NCBI GenBank assembly: GCA_049967475.1
Contig: JBMFSQ010000028.1
Location: 1-45,438, forward strand
Length of the DNA stretch: 45,438 nt
From: Chthonomonadales bacterium
GTDB lineage: Bacteria; Armatimonadota; Chthonomonadetes; Chthonomonadales; CAJBBX01
Reading direction: 5' to 3'
Part shown: in pieces, positions 1 to 9,503 of the stretch
How the letters are laid out: every line of letters starts with the position of its first letter
Position numbering within the stretch: the first letter of the stretch is position 1
Translations under genes and position numbers: made by a program
The notes under the pieces: generated by a model
Seen by the model: the letters and a program-made list of their open reading frames with translations, nothing else
The model's database searches: none
Told to the model about the DNA's origin: nothing

Positions 1-239
1 CGCAAGCCGGTCTGCGAAGTCTGCGGGAACTCCCAAGACCTCGGGCTCTTTTGCGTCTTTGCCGAACCCTCACTCCCTTCCCGTGCGGGACCGTCTCTGG
101 GCTCCAGACGCCCGGAATGGGTGGCCGCCACCCTGCAGCACATAGGCGCGCTCGTTCGGTTTGAGTGCATCGCCGTCCTTCCCTAGAAACGCCGCCGGTT
201 GCCTCGCCGCTCCACATGGCCGGCACATTCGTCCTTTGG

Positions 240-269
240 TTGACAAGGAAACCCTTATGCCGGTAATCT
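240..269 (+). promoter_or_regulatory. Putative sigma70 promoter of serC
   Basis: TTGACA (240-245), 18-nt spacer, TAATCT (264-269), about 60 nt upstream of the serC ATG. Confidence 0.5.
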
Positions 270-329
270 GATTGTGCAAAACGGCACAATGTAGCGCGTT
301 TTATTCCTTAAGGGCGAAAGGCAAGAAGC

Positions 330-1406
330 ATGAGGCGGGTATACAACTTCGGGGCAGGGCCGGCAATCCTCCCGGTACCGGTGCTGGAAGAGGCCAGCCG
401 GGGCGTGCTGGAAATCGGCGCCTCGGGGATGTCTATTCTCGAGGTGAGCCACCGAAGCAAGGAATACGAGGCAATCCATTTCGGGACAGCAGAACGGCTG
501 CTGCGCGTTCTGGATCTGAGCGCCGAAGATTTCGAGGTTCTCTTTTTGGGCGGGGGCGCAAGCCTCCAGTTCGCCATGCTCCCGATGAACTTCCTTGACG
601 GCGGCGTGGCGAGTTATGTGCACACCGGCGAATGGTCCGCCAAAGCGATCAAGGAAGCGCGGCGGTATGGCACAGTAAGCGTGGCGGCGTCCTCTGAGGA
701 AGAGGGCTTTACCCATATTCCGAAGGATTTGACGCTGGCTCCCGGATCCCGGTATCTACACATCACTACCAATAACACCATCGAAGGGACCGAATGGCCG
801 GAACTGCCCGAATGCGGGTCTGTGCCGCTTGTGGCAGACATGTCCAGCGACATCCTGGCCAGGGTGCGCGATCATTCGCGTTTCGCGCTCATCTACGCCG
901 GAGCGCAGAAGAACGCGGGACCCGCGGGGGTGACACTGGTGGTGGCCCGCAAGTCTTTCCTCGAGCAGGCAGCTTCAGATTTGCCGGCCATGCTCTCGTA
1001 CAAGGTGCACGCTCAGGCCAAGTCCCTTTACAATACGCCGCCCGTTGTGGCCATCTACATCGTGGGACTGGTCCTTGAGTGGATCGAACAGCAGGGCGGC
1101 ATTTCTGCGTTGGAGGCACTCAACCACCGGAAAGCCGAGGCAGTTTACCAGGCGCTGGACGAGTTCCCCGACGTCTACGAGCCAACGGTAAAGGCCAGGG
1201 AAGACCGATCCATCATGAACGTTACCTTCCGCCTGCGTGATGTCTCGCGAGAGAAGGAGTTTCTGCAGGGCGCATCCGAGCGCCGGATGGTGGGTTTGAA
1301 GGGGCATCGGTCTGTAGGCGGATTTCGGGCGTCCATGTACAACGCCTTCCCGCTGGAGGGAGCCCTTGCGCTTGCCGATTATCTTAGGGAGTTTGCCCGC
1401 GCTTAA
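330..1406 (+). CDS. serC: 3-phosphoserine/phosphohydroxythreonine aminotransferase (PLP, class V)
   Basis: 358 aa; motifs YNFGAGPA, LEVSHRS, GGASLQF, NNTIEG, ADMSS, AGAQKN (PLP lysine), YNTPP, LKGHRSVGGFRASMYNA. Confidence 0.97.
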   Translation: MRRVYNFGAGPAILPVPVLEEASRGVLEIGASGMSILEVSHRSKEYEAIHFGTAERLLRVLDLSAEDFEVLFLGGGASLQFAMLPMNFLDGGVASYVHTGEWSAKAIKEARRYGTVSVAASSEEEGFTHIPKDLTLAPGSRYLHITTNNTIEGTEWPELPECGSVPLVADMSSDILARVRDHSRFALIYAGAQKNAGPAGVTLVVARKSFLEQAASDLPAMLSYKVHAQAKSLYNTPPVVAIYIVGLVLEWIEQQGGISALEALNHRKAEAVYQALDEFPDVYEPTVKAREDRSIMNVTFRLRDVSREKEFLQGASERRMVGLKGHRSVGGFRASMYNAFPLEGALALADYLREFARA

Positions 1407-1450
1407 GATGGCGACCGCGTGGGAGCCGCTCCATTCCGTACTCCTGCGAG

Positions 1451-1479
1451 TTGCGCTCCAACGGCACATGGGCTAGAAT
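1451..1479 (+). promoter_or_regulatory. Putative sigma70 promoter of the vWA-exbB-ligB-like cluster
   Basis: TTGCGC (1451-1456), 17 nt, TAGAAT (1474-1479), 40 nt upstream of ATG 1519. Confidence 0.45.
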
Positions 1480-1518
1480 GAAGAGGCTTCTTCTCGCGAC
1501 GGATGGTGTGCAGCCTTC

Positions 1519-3207
1519 ATGAATGCCCACTCAGAGATAACCCTCTGGACGGAACGCTGGTATTGGCTTCCGGTGTTTCTGGCTGCCTCCGTTGGATTGC
1601 ACATCTGGATTACCCTGGAGTATCGTTCCTTCGATATCCGCATCCCCGTTCCGCACCCGGCGGCCATCGAGGTGTCTCTGGAGCCCGCGGTTTCGCCCAA
1701 GCTTCCTCCTGCCGAGGTCAAACCTTCTCCACCCAAGCCGCCTCCGGCGCCGATGCCGATAGGAGCCGTTGTTCCTTTGCCTGTGCGCCCACCGGTGCAG
1801 GCAGCCGCTGAGCCTCCTCCTCCCGACACTCCTGCCCAGCAAAGTGCGCCTTCTACGCCCGAAGGTTTGGCGGCCGAGGCCTTGCCTAGGCTTTCGCATC
1901 CCCAGCAAGTAGCGTCGGCATCGCGGCCTGTTCCGCCTGCAAGCCGCCCTGCGGCCCCGGCGGGGGGCGAGGTGCGGATGAAAGATTTTCCACCCGTACT
2001 GCGGGATGAGGCGCCTCCCATCGGCGTGCCCACCGGGGTGGCAGGCGCAGGCGTTCCCCGCCTTCGCGCAAGGACGAGGCCGGAACCTCTGCGGATGGCG
2101 GGCGGCGCGCCTGCGCCAGCGGACGTGTTGGGAGGATCCGGCGGCGCGCGAGGCCCGGAATTGCCTCCCGAAGATTTGTTTTATGGCGGATTGGGAGCCG
2201 GAGCGCTCCATGCGCCTCGCCTGCCTTCCACTCGAGGGGGCGGCGGGGGCCGACGCATCCTCTCCGTAGATAATCCCCTGGCGGGCGAGACTGTGCGGGA
2301 AGAGCGGCCCGGCATCGGGCCGGGATTGCGGGGAGGCGAAGGGGCCGGTATTGGCGGGGGAGTGGGCTATTTGCGCGGCCCGGGCATCGGTGCGCGCAAG
2401 GGCATCGTCAACGGGATCGCAGCTCTGAGGGCCAAGGAAGGGTTGGGAATTGGCGCCGGGAGGGGTGGTGCCATCGGTTCGCGCTCCCCCCGTGGAGGGG
2501 CCGGAGTAGGTTCCGAGCTGCCGGGCATCGGAACGGGGATCGGGCTCGGTGCCGGCGAAGCGGCAGGGCGCGGCGCTGCTGCAGGTTTGCGAGGGAAGAT
2601 AATTGGCCTTCCCGCCGGGCACATCACGGGGTTGCTTGGCGCGGGCGGCTCCGTTCAGTCCCAGGGGCGGGGGGGTGTGTTCGGCGTAGCGCCCCAGGGT
2701 GCAGAAGCCGCTGTGCACATCGTATACTTGCTGGACACATCGCTCTCCATGCGCGATGGAGGTAAGCTGAGCAAGGCGCAGCAAGCCCTGAAGATGGCCT
2801 TGGCAGAGCTGAAGCCCGGGGACACCTTCAACATCATCACCTTTGCCTCCGTGGTGCAGCCGTTTTCTGTGACGATGGTGCCTGCCGACCCGGCCAACAT
2901 TTCGAGAGCCATGCTTTGGGTGGATTCCGTGGCGTTGGGAGATGGAACGAACCTTTCTGGAGCTCTGGCCGCAGCGCTGGCTCAGAAGACTGCTACGCAC
3001 ATCTATGTGCTCTCTGATGGCGAACCTACAGACGGTATCACGGACCCCGGGCTCCTTCGCGAAGCGGTATTCCGTATGAATGCAGGGCATGCCAAGATCC
3101 AGGCTTTGGCTCTGGGGTTGGGGGATCATTTCAAAGGTATGGAAATCCTCAAAGCTCTCGCGGAGGATAGCGGGGGCACCTTTGCGTATGTCAATCTAGC
3201 ACAATAG
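1519..3207 (+). CDS. Membrane-anchored Pro-rich/Gly-rich protein with C-terminal von Willebrand factor A domain
   Basis: 562 aa; N-terminal TM with TonB-like S-x3-H (ASVGLH), long Pro-rich then Gly-rich linker, vWA with intact MIDAS (DTSLS, GTN, LSDG). Confidence 0.85.
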   Translation: MNAHSEITLWTERWYWLPVFLAASVGLHIWITLEYRSFDIRIPVPHPAAIEVSLEPAVSPKLPPAEVKPSPPKPPPAPMPIGAVVPLPVRPPVQAAAEPPPPDTPAQQSAPSTPEGLAAEALPRLSHPQQVASASRPVPPASRPAAPAGGEVRMKDFPPVLRDEAPPIGVPTGVAGAGVPRLRARTRPEPLRMAGGAPAPADVLGGSGGARGPELPPEDLFYGGLGAGALHAPRLPSTRGGGGGRRILSVDNPLAGETVREERPGIGPGLRGGEGAGIGGGVGYLRGPGIGARKGIVNGIAALRAKEGLGIGAGRGGAIGSRSPRGGAGVGSELPGIGTGIGLGAGEAAGRGAAAGLRGKIIGLPAGHITGLLGAGGSVQSQGRGGVFGVAPQGAEAAVHIVYLLDTSLSMRDGGKLSKAQQALKMALAELKPGDTFNIITFASVVQPFSVTMVPADPANISRAMLWVDSVALGDGTNLSGALAAALAQKTATHIYVLSDGEPTDGITDPGLLREAVFRMNAGHAKIQALALGLGDHFKGMEILKALAEDSGGTFAYVNLAQ

Positions 3208-3248
3208 GAGGCGGGTGCGTCCAAGGGCGTATCCTAAGGAGGAGGGGC

Positions 3249-3872
3249 ATGCTGGAGTTGTTTACACGGGCAGGGATCGTGGCTTGGCCGCTCGGCATCT
3301 GCTCGGTATTGGCCGTAGGCATCATGCTGGAGCGCGCATTTACACTCGGGCGCATCCAGCGGCTGGAGGACCGTGCGTTTACGGTGCTCCGGGCAGCTTT
3401 CCAGGCCGGGGATGCCGAAGCAGCGGACGACCCTCGGATTGCACCCGCTCCCATCGTGCGCGTTATGGAAGCGGCGCGCTCCGTTGGGGTTGGAAACCCC
3501 GACGCGGCACTCAGCGCTGTTGAGGTTGCTGTAGCATCCCAGCGACTGAGGCTGCGCCGCTACCTCAGTACCCTTGCAACCATCGGCAGCACAGCGCCCT
3601 TCATCGGCCTCTTCGGCACAGTCCTTGGCGTCATGCGGGCATTTCAGGAGATGAGCCGCAGCTCCTTGAGCGGCGAAACGATGGCGGCCGGCATTTCGGA
3701 GGCTCTCAGCGCCACCGCCCTGGGATTGCTGGTTGCCATTCCTTCGGTAATGGCCTACAACTACTTTCTCAACCGTGTGCAAGGACTGCTCGTGCGCATC
3801 CAGGGGCACGTAGCAGCCTTGGTACCCATGTTGGAAAGCGGTACATCGGAGCAGGCTGCGCCGGATCAATGA
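3249..3872 (+). CDS. MotA/TolQ/ExbB proton channel family protein
   Basis: 207 aa; LATIGSTAPFIGLFGTVLGVMRAF and GISEALSATALGLLVAIP signature TMs; strong AGGAGG RBS. Confidence 0.93.
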   Translation: MLELFTRAGIVAWPLGICSVLAVGIMLERAFTLGRIQRLEDRAFTVLRAAFQAGDAEAADDPRIAPAPIVRVMEAARSVGVGNPDAALSAVEVAVASQRLRLRRYLSTLATIGSTAPFIGLFGTVLGVMRAFQEMSRSSLSGETMAAGISEALSATALGLLVAIPSVMAYNYFLNRVQGLLVRIQGHVAALVPMLESGTSEQAAPDQ

Positions 3873-3893
3873 AGGCTTTTATGCCTGGCCAGG

Positions 3894-4724
3894 GTGACCC
3901 AAATGATCGTTTGGGCGTGCATCGCCCCCCACGGAGGAGAGCTCATCCCGGAACTTGCCGACGGAAACCCCCACCGGATGGCGCGCACACGCGGCGCACT
4001 AGAGCGTTTGGGACGTCATTGCCGCGCCGAACAGCCCGACACGATCCTCGTATATACGCCCCACGGCATCTGTGTGGACGGGTTTATCTCCATCAGTGTG
4101 TCCCGCTATGTAATCGGGGAACTTACGGGCGACAACGGCGCGAACGTGTCCTGCCGCCTCCCGGTGGACACACAGTTTGCGCAGGATCTCAGCCTACAGG
4201 CGTCTCAGGCCGGCATCCCTACCATCGAGGCCGCATACCTTCCCAATGGAGAGCCAACCGACGCATTCCCCTTGGATTGGGGATCCCTGGTGCCTCTGTG
4301 GTTCATGGGAGCTCAATGGGAGAAGCCGCCTGCTGTGGTGATCGTATGCCCATCCAGATCTCTTGCGCGGCGGCAGCTCGTGTCCTTTGGACGGGTCACG
4401 GCCATCGCTGCCGAACAGAGCGGCAAGCGCATCGCCCTGATTTGCAGCGCCGATCAGGGACACGGGCATTCCCCGGCGGGTCCCTACGGATACTCGCCCA
4501 CTTCGCGTTCCTATGATGCAGCCTACTGCCGGGCGGTGCAGCAGGGAGATCTTCGGCGGCTGCTCCACTGGCGCTCGGATTGGATCGCATCGGCCATGCC
4601 CGACAGCTTCTGGCAAACGCTGATGCTGCACGGCGCCGTGGTCTACGGTGGGCTACGGGGTTCCCTTCTGTCCTATGAGGCGCCTACGTACTTCGGCATG
4701 GTCTGTGCCGAGTTCACGATCTGA
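3894..4724 (+). CDS. Extradiol ring-cleavage dioxygenase class III subunit B (LigB/MEMO-like) family protein
   Basis: 276 aa, GTG start; ACIAPHG, YTPHG, LDWG, CSADQGH, YEAPTYFG motifs typical of the LigB-like fold. Confidence 0.75.
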   Translation: MTQMIVWACIAPHGGELIPELADGNPHRMARTRGALERLGRHCRAEQPDTILVYTPHGICVDGFISISVSRYVIGELTGDNGANVSCRLPVDTQFAQDLSLQASQAGIPTIEAAYLPNGEPTDAFPLDWGSLVPLWFMGAQWEKPPAVVIVCPSRSLARRQLVSFGRVTAIAAEQSGKRIALICSADQGHGHSPAGPYGYSPTSRSYDAAYCRAVQQGDLRRLLHWRSDWIASAMPDSFWQTLMLHGAVVYGGLRGSLLSYEAPTYFGMVCAEFTI

Positions 4725-4772
4725 CGATTGGCGCCCGGATGGATTTCTGCGGGAACTGGCTAGAGTTGTTTC

Positions 4773-4781
4773 TGCTATCAT
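4773..4781 (+). promoter_or_regulatory. Possible extended -10 promoter element upstream of the GT2 fusion gene
   Basis: TG-c-TATCAT; no clear -35. Confidence 0.3.
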
Positions 4782-4900
4782 GAAATGATGCTTTGGCCTT
4801 TGGGACTGCTTTCAGGCGATTGGGCGCCAGGGCATCGTGATAACCCTGTCGAACAGGCGGGGGATGCACCCGGGGCGGGTAGGACGGAGAGCTGCCAGCA

Positions 4901-7900
4901 ATGACGCAATCCGGCGGGCCGGTACGGCCGGTGTTTTTTGATGAAACGCGCCGAAGATGGTACTGGGTGGTGCGCGTAGGCGCCATCCTGGCATCGGCGG
5001 TACTGATCGGTGTGGCCGTGTTCGTGGTGAGCCTTCTAGCCCTGCCCCTGCTGCCTCACCGCCCTCTCCCCCGGGCAAAGGAGGCCCGTGACACCGGCAA
5101 CGCAGATCCTGTCGCCAATGCCCACCAGATGCGGGCCCGAAGCTACGCCCAGAAGCGCGACAAACGCCGCCTCGCCAGAGAAATCGAGCGGCAGCATCGG
5201 CGTGAGGAGGCCGCGGCCCGAGCGAACGACATTGCTTTGCGGCAAATCTATGGCCCGCCCGTGCCCGGTGTAACGCGAAGGCCCATCGTCGCCGGCTTCT
5301 ACGTGAACTGGGAGGAGACGTCCCGGGCATCCCTGCGGCGGAATATAGACCAGCTTACCCACGTGCTTCCAGAGTGGCTTCATCTCACCCCGGATGGCGT
5401 AGGCTTCGTAGATGCGCGCACTCAGGAAGACAAGCTCGACATCGAACCCTTTGTGCGCATGCACCACCTGCCCATCGTGCCCGTGCTGAACAACTATGTT
5501 CCTGACTACCCGGGCTCGGAGCAGGGCCATTGGTCCACACAGGCAGTCCACAACCTCGTAGCGGACCCTGTGGTCCGGTCAACCTTCGTCAGCGATCTCA
5601 AAAGCTATCTGCTGGCTCGAGGGTGGCAAGGCATCAACATTGACTTTGAGGAAGTGGATGTTGACGACCGCGATGCCCTCACAGCGTTCATGGCCGAGTT
5701 GAGCCGGCAGTTTCGGACGGCGGGTCTGTTGGTGAGCCAAGATATCGAAATCGAGTCTGGGGCATACGATCTGGAACGCCTCGCCCTTTGGAACAACTTC
5801 CTCATCCCCATGTTTTATGACCAGCACTCTCCCGGGGATGAAGCAGGGCCTGGACCCATCGCAGGAATTCCGTGGACGAAGCGCGAGATGAACAAGCTTC
5901 TGGCGCTCGTTCCTGCCAACAAGATCGTGATGGGCATCGGCAGTTATGCCTACGACTGGACCAAGGGCGACAACAAGGATGCCGCCAGCCTAACCTACCA
6001 GGCCGCAGTCATCCAGGCAGCCGAGTCCGTAGACCCGAAGGATCCCGAAATTGCCCGTGTGAAGATGGATCCGGTGTCGCTGAACCCCTATTATCGGTAT
6101 TACGATGACGCAGGGGCAGAGCACGTAGTGTGGATGCTCGATGCCACTACTGCCTACAACCAATGGCAGGTAGTGCGCGGCACCCATCCCCGCGGTGTCG
6201 CTCTGTGGTGCTTGGGAGCAGAGGATCCGGGAGTTTGGTCCGTAATTGGGAGATCTGCGATCACCACGAACATGGGCCCGTTCGTAGACACCGGCCTTTT
6301 GAATTCTATAAGTTACGGGAAGCAGGCGCAGGTTGATTTCGAGGGAGAAGGTGAGCTGCTCGAGGTGCTCGCCGAACCCACCGTGGGCAGCAGGGTTGTG
6401 GTGCGCGATCCTCGAAGCGGCCTGATTACGCACGAGACGTACGTGAAGTACCCGTCCGACTTCGTAGTGCGGCGGTACGGATACCGGCCGAAGCAAGTGG
6501 TGCTCACCTTTGACGACGGCCCGGACCCGCTCTATACGCCGCGCATTTTGGACATCCTCAAACGCGAGGGCGTACATGCGACCTTCTTCGTCGTAGGGAA
6601 GCACGCCGAAGAGAACCCGGGCATCGTGGCCCGCATGTGGGATGAAGGGCACGAGATAGGGAACCACACCTACACGCATCCCAACTTAGCCCTCATGAGC
6701 GATCAACGGACGCTCCTGGAAATCAACCTGACCCAGCGCGTCATCGAAGCAATAACGGGCCACTCCACAACCCTCTTTCGACCGCCGTACGCCATTGACG
6801 TGGAACCTCGAACCGGCGGCGAGCTGAAGTCCGTTATCCTGGCCTCTAAGCTGGGGTACCTTGCGGTAGGAGAAAAGAACGATCCGCAGGATTGGAAGCT
6901 CACGAAGAAGGGGCCCCATGGAGAAGTGCTGCCACGCACCTGGCGCGACATCGTTCAGAGCGTGTGGGCCAACCGCAACGTGGGCAGCATCATCTTGTTG
7001 CACGACGGCGGCGGCAATCGCGAAGCAACAGTAGAGGCCCTTCCCCGCATCATCGGGATGCTCAAGAAGGCAGGATACCGCTTCATTACACTTTCTGAGC
7101 TGCGCGGCCTGCCTCGTGAGGATCTGTTCCCTTCAATCAGGGGAAGGGAAGAGCTGCTGGTAGGCGTTGATAAGTGGCTTTTTGAAACATCCTACCTGGC
7201 TCAGCGGACGCTCACCACGCTCTTTACCCTCTCCGTGCTGCTCGGAGTGTCCAGGCAGATCTTCATTACGGTGCTGGCCCTTATTCAGCGGCGAAGGGAG
7301 CGCAAGCGCTTTTCGACCCCGGCGGCGCAGTATCAGCCGCGCGTGTCCGTACTCATAGCAGCGTACAATGAGGCGGCGGTGATCGAGCGCACGGTGGAGG
7401 CCGTTCTGGCGAGTTCCTATCCTCATCTGGAAGTCATTGTTGTAGATGACGGGAGTACCGATGGTACGTGCGAAGTGGTGCGGGAACGGTGGAGGAACGA
7501 CGCGCGCGTGTGCTGTTTGCGCAAGCCCAATGGCGGCAAGGCATCGGCCCTGAACCTGGGGCTCCGAGAGGCAACAGGCGAGGTGATCGTGGCTTTAGAT
7601 GCCGACACCATCCTTACACCCTCTGCAATCGGGATGCTCGTGCGCCACTTTCAGGATGCCTTGGTAGGCGCGGTGTCCGGCAATGTGCGCGTGGGCAATG
7701 TGCGCAATTTGCTTACCCGCTGGCAGGCGCTGGAGTATATCACCAGCCAGAATTTCGATCGGCGCGCCTACGAACTGCTGAACTGCATTACGGTGGTGCC
7801 CGGAGCCATCGGGGCATGGCGCAGGTCCGCCGTCGAAGCCGTTGGCGGGTATACGTCTGAAACGCTTGCGGAGGACACAGACCTTACGTGGCGCATCCGA

Positions 7901-8434
7901 AGGGCGGGGTACCGCATCCTCAACGACAGTGCGGCAGTAGCGTATACAGAGGCCCCCGAGACGCTGCGGAACCTCTCCCGCCAACGCTTTCGGTGGGCGT
8001 TCGGAACCTTGCAGAACCTCTGGAAGCATCGGGACGCGCTCTTTGGATACGGCGCCTTCGGATGGGTGGCCCTGCCTTCGCTCTGGCTGTACCAGATTGT
8101 ATTCCCCGCCATCTCTCCTCTCATGGACGTGACCGTGGTGTGGGCGCTCTTCGTGGGCAATGCATGGCGCATCCTGGCGTACTTGGGGTTGATGGTGGGG
8201 GTGGAAATGCTCGGAGCCGCGGTTGCCCTAACCATGGATCGCGGCCGCTGGAGCCTTTTGCCCTGGCTCGCTCTCCAGCGTTTCGTTTACCGGCAGCTCA
8301 TGTACTATGTGATCCTTCGTTCTATTGTAGCGGCGGTGCGCGGAGGCGCCGTAGGCTGGAACAAGTTCGAACGGCTGGGTACGGCACGGCTGGATCAGCC
8401 GGTCCCGCCGGTTCCTCCCAGGCTTGGGGTATAG
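4901..8434 (+). CDS. Trifunctional GH18-like / polysaccharide deacetylase (CE4) / processive GT2 glycosyltransferase membrane protein
   Basis: 1177 aa; N-terminal TM; GH18-like (GINIDFEE, PMFYD, GVALW); NodB (TFDDGP, HTYTH, FRPPY, ILLHD); GT2 (DDGSTD, GGKA, DADT, EDTD, QRFRW); C-terminal TMs. Confidence 0.92.
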   Translation: MTQSGGPVRPVFFDETRRRWYWVVRVGAILASAVLIGVAVFVVSLLALPLLPHRPLPRAKEARDTGNADPVANAHQMRARSYAQKRDKRRLAREIERQHRREEAAARANDIALRQIYGPPVPGVTRRPIVAGFYVNWEETSRASLRRNIDQLTHVLPEWLHLTPDGVGFVDARTQEDKLDIEPFVRMHHLPIVPVLNNYVPDYPGSEQGHWSTQAVHNLVADPVVRSTFVSDLKSYLLARGWQGINIDFEEVDVDDRDALTAFMAELSRQFRTAGLLVSQDIEIESGAYDLERLALWNNFLIPMFYDQHSPGDEAGPGPIAGIPWTKREMNKLLALVPANKIVMGIGSYAYDWTKGDNKDAASLTYQAAVIQAAESVDPKDPEIARVKMDPVSLNPYYRYYDDAGAEHVVWMLDATTAYNQWQVVRGTHPRGVALWCLGAEDPGVWSVIGRSAITTNMGPFVDTGLLNSISYGKQAQVDFEGEGELLEVLAEPTVGSRVVVRDPRSGLITHETYVKYPSDFVVRRYGYRPKQVVLTFDDGPDPLYTPRILDILKREGVHATFFVVGKHAEENPGIVARMWDEGHEIGNHTYTHPNLALMSDQRTLLEINLTQRVIEAITGHSTTLFRPPYAIDVEPRTGGELKSVILASKLGYLAVGEKNDPQDWKLTKKGPHGEVLPRTWRDIVQSVWANRNVGSIILLHDGGGNREATVEALPRIIGMLKKAGYRFITLSELRGLPREDLFPSIRGREELLVGVDKWLFETSYLAQRTLTTLFTLSVLLGVSRQIFITVLALIQRRRERKRFSTPAAQYQPRVSVLIAAYNEAAVIERTVEAVLASSYPHLEVIVVDDGSTDGTCEVVRERWRNDARVCCLRKPNGGKASALNLGLREATGEVIVALDADTILTPSAIGMLVRHFQDALVGAVSGNVRVGNVRNLLTRWQALEYITSQNFDRRAYELLNCITVVPGAIGAWRRSAVEAVGGYTSETLAEDTDLTWRIRRAGYRILNDSAAVAYTEAPETLRNLSRQRFRWAFGTLQNLWKHRDALFGYGAFGWVALPSLWLYQIVFPAISPLMDVTVVWALFVGNAWRILAYLGLMVGVEMLGAAVALTMDRGRWSLLPWLALQRFVYRQLMYYVILRSIVAAVRGGAVGWNKFERLGTARLDQPVPPVPPRLGV

Positions 8435-8474
8435 CATAGAGGGCGCGAAAACTCAGGAAAGGGATCGAATTACG

Positions 8475-9362
8475 ATGGCGGTGCAACGACGGGGGATGAC
8501 ACGGCGCGAACTTCTGGCCGCGGCGGGTGCCGGTCTGGCAGCAACCGTAGCGGGTGAGCCGGCCGCCGGAGCGCAAGGAGTATGGAAGGCGAAGAAGGCT
8601 GTGATTTGGGGGATGCTGCCGGGGAGCCTTTCCCGTGAGGATCGCTTCAAGCTTGCGCGCGATTGCGGTTTTGACGGGATCGAAGCCCCGCCCATCGCGG
8701 ACGCGGCGGAATGTGACGCCATGCGAAAGGCTGCGGAGGGGGCTTCCATCCGCATCCATTCGGTGATCTACGGGGGTTGGGATGCCCCTCTCTCCAGCCC
8801 GAACCCTGAGGTGCGTCAGAAGGGCATGCAGCAGGTTGAGGCCGCCCTGGAGAGCGCCCACCGAATGGGAGCCGACGATATCCTCCTGGTGCCCGGCATC
8901 GTCACGGCAGAGACCCGGTACGTTGAATGTTATCAACGATCTCAACAGGCCATTCGACGCCTGATCCCGGCAGCAGAACGCCTCAAGGTGATGATCCTCG
9001 TGGAGGAGGTTTGGAACAAGTTCCTCCTGAGCCCCTTGGAATTCGCACGATACATTGATGAGCTTGGCAGCCCCTGGGTTCAGGCGTACTTCGACGTGGG
9101 GAACGTGGTAGATTTCGGCTGGCCGGAAGATTGGATCCGCACCCTTGGCAAGCGCATCAAGCGCGTACACCTGAAGGACTTTCGGCGGGGTCCAAGGCAG
9201 TTTGTAAACTTGCGGGATGGCGATGTCAACTGGCCCGAGGTGCGGCGCGCATTTCTAGAGGTGGGGTATCACGGCTTCATGACATGCGAACTTCCGGGCG
9301 GTGACGAGACGTACCTGAAGGATTTGGCCTCGCGAGTAGACCGCATCATCGCGGGTACGTAG
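8475..9362 (+). CDS. Tat-exported sugar phosphate isomerase/epimerase (AP endonuclease 2 TIM-barrel family)
   Basis: About 295 aa; twin-arginine signal TRRELL; GFDGIE, EEVWNKFL, YFDVGN, VHLKDF, CEL metal-site motifs; start codon uncertain. Confidence 0.85.
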   Translation: MAVQRRGMTRRELLAAAGAGLAATVAGEPAAGAQGVWKAKKAVIWGMLPGSLSREDRFKLARDCGFDGIEAPPIADAAECDAMRKAAEGASIRIHSVIYGGWDAPLSSPNPEVRQKGMQQVEAALESAHRMGADDILLVPGIVTAETRYVECYQRSQQAIRRLIPAAERLKVMILVEEVWNKFLLSPLEFARYIDELGSPWVQAYFDVGNVVDFGWPEDWIRTLGKRIKRVHLKDFRRGPRQFVNLRDGDVNWPEVRRAFLEVGYHGFMTCELPGGDETYLKDLASRVDRIIAGT

Positions 9363-9503
9363 GCTTGCCGCCGCAAACCCGGCATTTTGGCGGGCGGCAA
9401 TAGTATGGTAATCCGGAGCTCCTTTGCGGAAGAATCACTTGCCGACGGAGTTGGCACACCGCCGGGGTTACCCGCCGGAAAGGAGCTACGGAGAGTGAGC
9501 AGC

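Noticed and set aside
49..63. Third c-di-GMP-I aptamer on the minus strand (GGCAAA-GACGCAAA)
   Set aside because: The P2 stem and GNRA loop between the two motifs are missing and no convincing P3 is present
1531..3129. Long antisense ORFs (also 14026..15105, 29751..30851, 32734..33936, 44130..45380)
   Set aside because: Shadow ORFs opposite well-supported genes, expected in high-GC DNA; no recognisable motifs
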